Below the pieces are notes generated by a model. It saw only the letters and a list, made by a program, of their open reading frames with translations. It made no database searches and had not been told where the DNA came from. Positions 61,001 through 64,000 of a DNA stretch of 64,000 nucleotides are shown here, piece by piece. Both the position numbers and the translations under genes were made by a program. This DNA is from Takakia lepidozioides (taxonomy: Eukaryota > Plantae > Bryophyta), in assembly GCA_030704615.1 (NCBI GenBank), contig CM060733.1, positions 65,100,001-65,164,000 on the forward strand, given 5' to 3'. Numbering within the stretch: the stretch's first letter is position 1; each line of letters opens with the position of its first letter.

Positions 61001-64000
61001 CCCGAACCTGGCAAAGTTGTGAAGTGGGTGGGGTCCTCATTTTACATACCAATCTGTAAGTGTGGATAGAGGAGGGTCTGATCAGAGTTGTCGTGCAATG
61101 ATGATGTCAGGGCAGTATTTGAAACTGCAATAGTGAGAGTGAGTGTGAGTGTTAACATGACTTTTTGTGGTCATTAACATAGGGTAGTGTTGTGCTGGTG
61201 ATTACTCTTCTGCATTAGCTGCATTTGTCACTCAGCTCTCTGTATTACTGCAGACATAGTGACTAGGTTAGTGGGCGCGGGGATACCAATATTGGTTGCA
61301 TCCCAACAGTATGTCTGACAAACCTCTGTTCAATCACTGTTGTCACAGAATGGTATGTCGCTCGTCAGGTTGACCATGCTAGCATACTGAGCTGGTACAT
61401 GACAAATGCAGGCAAAGGAGCGAGGCCGAAGTCCATCGTTGCATGAAATCTAGGAAGGTTCAGTAAGCAGAACATTGACCAGCGAGCGGATGGTGAGATC
61501 CACGTGATCATTCTTTCTCCCATTTTTTGTCGATTATTTTGTTCTAGGCATTTTCCCTACCAACGGCATGATGTTCTCATGTTGTTCATGGACTTGCGTG
61601 GACCTGGCAGGAGGGGACCTCTAGGTATTCAGCAATTGCTCGCAAAGTGGAGGATATGGAAAGAGCACAGGGTGCACAACACAAAGATATGATGGATTTG
61701 AAGGCTACAATATCGCATATGATGATGTACCAGAAGGCCATGGCTGAGAAATTTGGGATCAACATTTCCTCACCTGCCTTAGTGGGCTCATCCATAGCAA
61801 ACAGCTCGTGCATCGCTGGCCCTTCAGCCTCAAGACGTCTGGAGGACAGGTTTGACTTGCCTGGCATGTCACCAGGTAACGTCACTCCCGTTGATGCATT
61901 CGAGGATGATGTGCAGGTGGAGCATGTTGGCCCAGGTGGAGGGGACGACACCCCTACCAAGGAACTTACGCGTCCTCGTGCAGTTCTGTCACACTGTGCG
62001 GTAGTGGAGGCGCATGCAGAACTCCGGCCTGCTGCTGTCGCGGTGGGGGCATCTGAGACAACCCTGGACATTGACCTTGTTTCCCCGCGGGCAGATATTA
62101 CCCAGCAACCCACGGTTGTCACTTCCACTCCCAACCTTCAATTAATGTCGGAGAATGTCGTGCACACAATAGTGGAGAAGGGCAAGCATTTGCTCATCCT
62201 AGATATTAATGGATTGCTGTGTGAGTGCGTCCATGTCGGGAGCGGTAATGCGTTTGTGGTTCCAAATGGCCTTGAGCACAAATTATGTGGTAGCAAGATG
62301 GTCGTTGTAAGGCCTGGTTGCAAAGCTTTTTTGGACAAGTGTTTCGAACACTTTGAAGTGGCAGCATGGTCTTGTATGCAACCACGTAACTTCCTACCCA
62401 CAGTGGACTGGCTTTTCCATGGGCACCGTGACCTTGCATTCAAGTGGGATGGGGGATATTGTGAGCAGTCCACTGACATGGATGGGAGCCTGCCCATGAA
62501 ACCACGGTTTCTGAAGAACCTATCTACAGTGTGGCGGGACAACTGTGTCTGGAATCCTGAAACCACTCTTCTTGTTGATGACACACCGCACAAGGGGTCA
62601 AAAAATCCAGCATACAGGCCATTTTCCCACTGCCTTGGAGAAGTCGTTCTGTAGAGGCGCACAATGATAATTTCCTTCTGACCAGCTTATGGCCCTTCTT
62701 GGAGGGGGCAGCTAAGGCTCTGAGCATTCCAGAATATCTCAAAGGGCAACCCACATTTGGGCAACAAGCTATCAGCCCTCGAGCCATTCAGCCTCGCCAG
62801 GTAACATACTTTGTAGTGTGGTACACAATGCCAGACATTAGAGGCATTTTTGTGTGACTCCCTTGTGCCATTGCCAGCCTCATTTGTGCTTAAGTTGTGG
62901 CAGTAAAACATGTTGTGATAGAGTTTGTCAAATTACTGTCGCAGTGTCAACTGTAGGCATTGACAGTTTGGGTGCATCTTATTGTGTTAGTGTAATTTGA
63001 GTTCCCAGTGTAGATAATATACATTTTTGGTGCTTGTTGGTTGGTTGTAGGTGCTTGGCCACGAACGAGGCCCCCCAAATCAAAGGGCAGCACACCTTCA
63101 CCCTTTGAGGAAGCCGACACCACTGATCCCTGATTCGCAGAATGGGGTAAGTGTATGCATCTGCTATTCTCCCCTTCCCGACCTGGATAGACAAATTGTT
63201 ATTAGCTCCTTGTAGACCTTGTAGACACAATACGTTCCACGATCCATGTTCCACAATTCTCATGCAATCTGCCATGTTTGGGCTGGGATGGCAGTTCGTG
63301 GTGGGAGACCATGTCAAGCTCATAGACACTGTTTCGCGATCAACAGCCGGATCTGGCCGCATTGCTGGTCTCCAAGGGATGGAGGTGAGTGAAGGGTACC
63401 CTGTTGTGCCAGAAGGCTATGTGGCCATCCACATTGATGATGTCCGCATTCCCAATGCCCCTCTACCATATCACAACAAATCCATGAAGCCTCATCACAC
63501 TGAGTTGGGAGACACTGTAGGTTACATTACTGTGTGGAGTGACAAACTAGTGAAGACCTTGCAGACAAAGAGATGAGGCAGGTCGGCTAGCATCGTGGAT
63601 TTCTTGGGGATTTCCACCTGTGCCTCATCCGGATTTGGCAACTACGGTAACTTATAGTAGTGACAGTTTCTCTGAATTGACTGTCCAATTTTGATAGCAA
63701 TCACATGTTGGATTTTCTCATGCATGTTGTTGCAAACTTATGCCTCATTAATGAGCAATGTGGTGGTAGGTGGTATGTCCCCATTGCACACACTATGGTT
63801 GGTTATGTTGTTGCTGTTCATATGTGGTTGATAATGGTGATGCTGGATGGTGATGTTGCTGCTATTGTGGTCTTTCAGAATTACGTCTGTGCCACTTTTG
63901 TGCCACTTCAGTCTTGCTGTATACATGATTGTGATGTTGTATGGCACATGCACGTGGCACCCTATTGGCTGCCTCTGTGGCATATCCACGTGTCCGTCTA

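Larger units (their letters stand above)
58223..63576 (+). pseudogene. CACTA second gene (TnpA-like), spliced, with an FCP1/NIF HAD-phosphatase-like domain and a C-terminal Tnp1/En/Spm-like domain; disrupted by LINE insertions
   Basis: HLLILDINGLL..VRPG..FL..FEVAAWS..FLKNL..TTLLVDDTPHK (62180-62620); VGDHVKL..G.I..VAIHIDDV..APLPY..LGDTVG..VW (63290-63576). Linking the upstream exons is inferred. Confidence 0.65.

Overview
Eukaryotic land-plant DNA, most likely a bryophyte (inferred from the GT-AG introns, a DOG1-domain gene, PLS-class PPR repeats and the TE families present). There are two 500-N scaffold gaps. Only one clearly intact host gene is visible: a DOG1-domain CDS at 6908-7648. The rest is nested transposable elements. 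The main observation is a family of large DNA transposons. The best copy spans 11897-23379 and has split the PHD finger of a Ty3/gypsy relic. It carries two divergent spliced genes: (+) a Mutator-like DDE transposase with a GCM-type zinc domain and a C-terminal SWIM finger, and (-) a ~10-exon cargo gene encoding a ParB/Srx-like domain (DGNHR) fused to a beta-class N4C/N6A DNA-methyltransferase-like domain. Related elements nearby contribute a second transposase, a second MTase C-terminus with the same intron position, further cargo tails and five GAGGTT-type termini. Each subfamily has its own array of 22-24 bp palindromes. Also present: a CACTA element whose second gene carries an FCP1-like phosphatase domain, a Crypton-like tyrosine recombinase relic split by two head-to-head RNaseH/RLE LINE 3' ends, a piggyBac-like MITE, tRNA-derived SINEs, LTR relics and a PPR pseudogene. 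All domain calls come from motif reading by eye; no database search was run.
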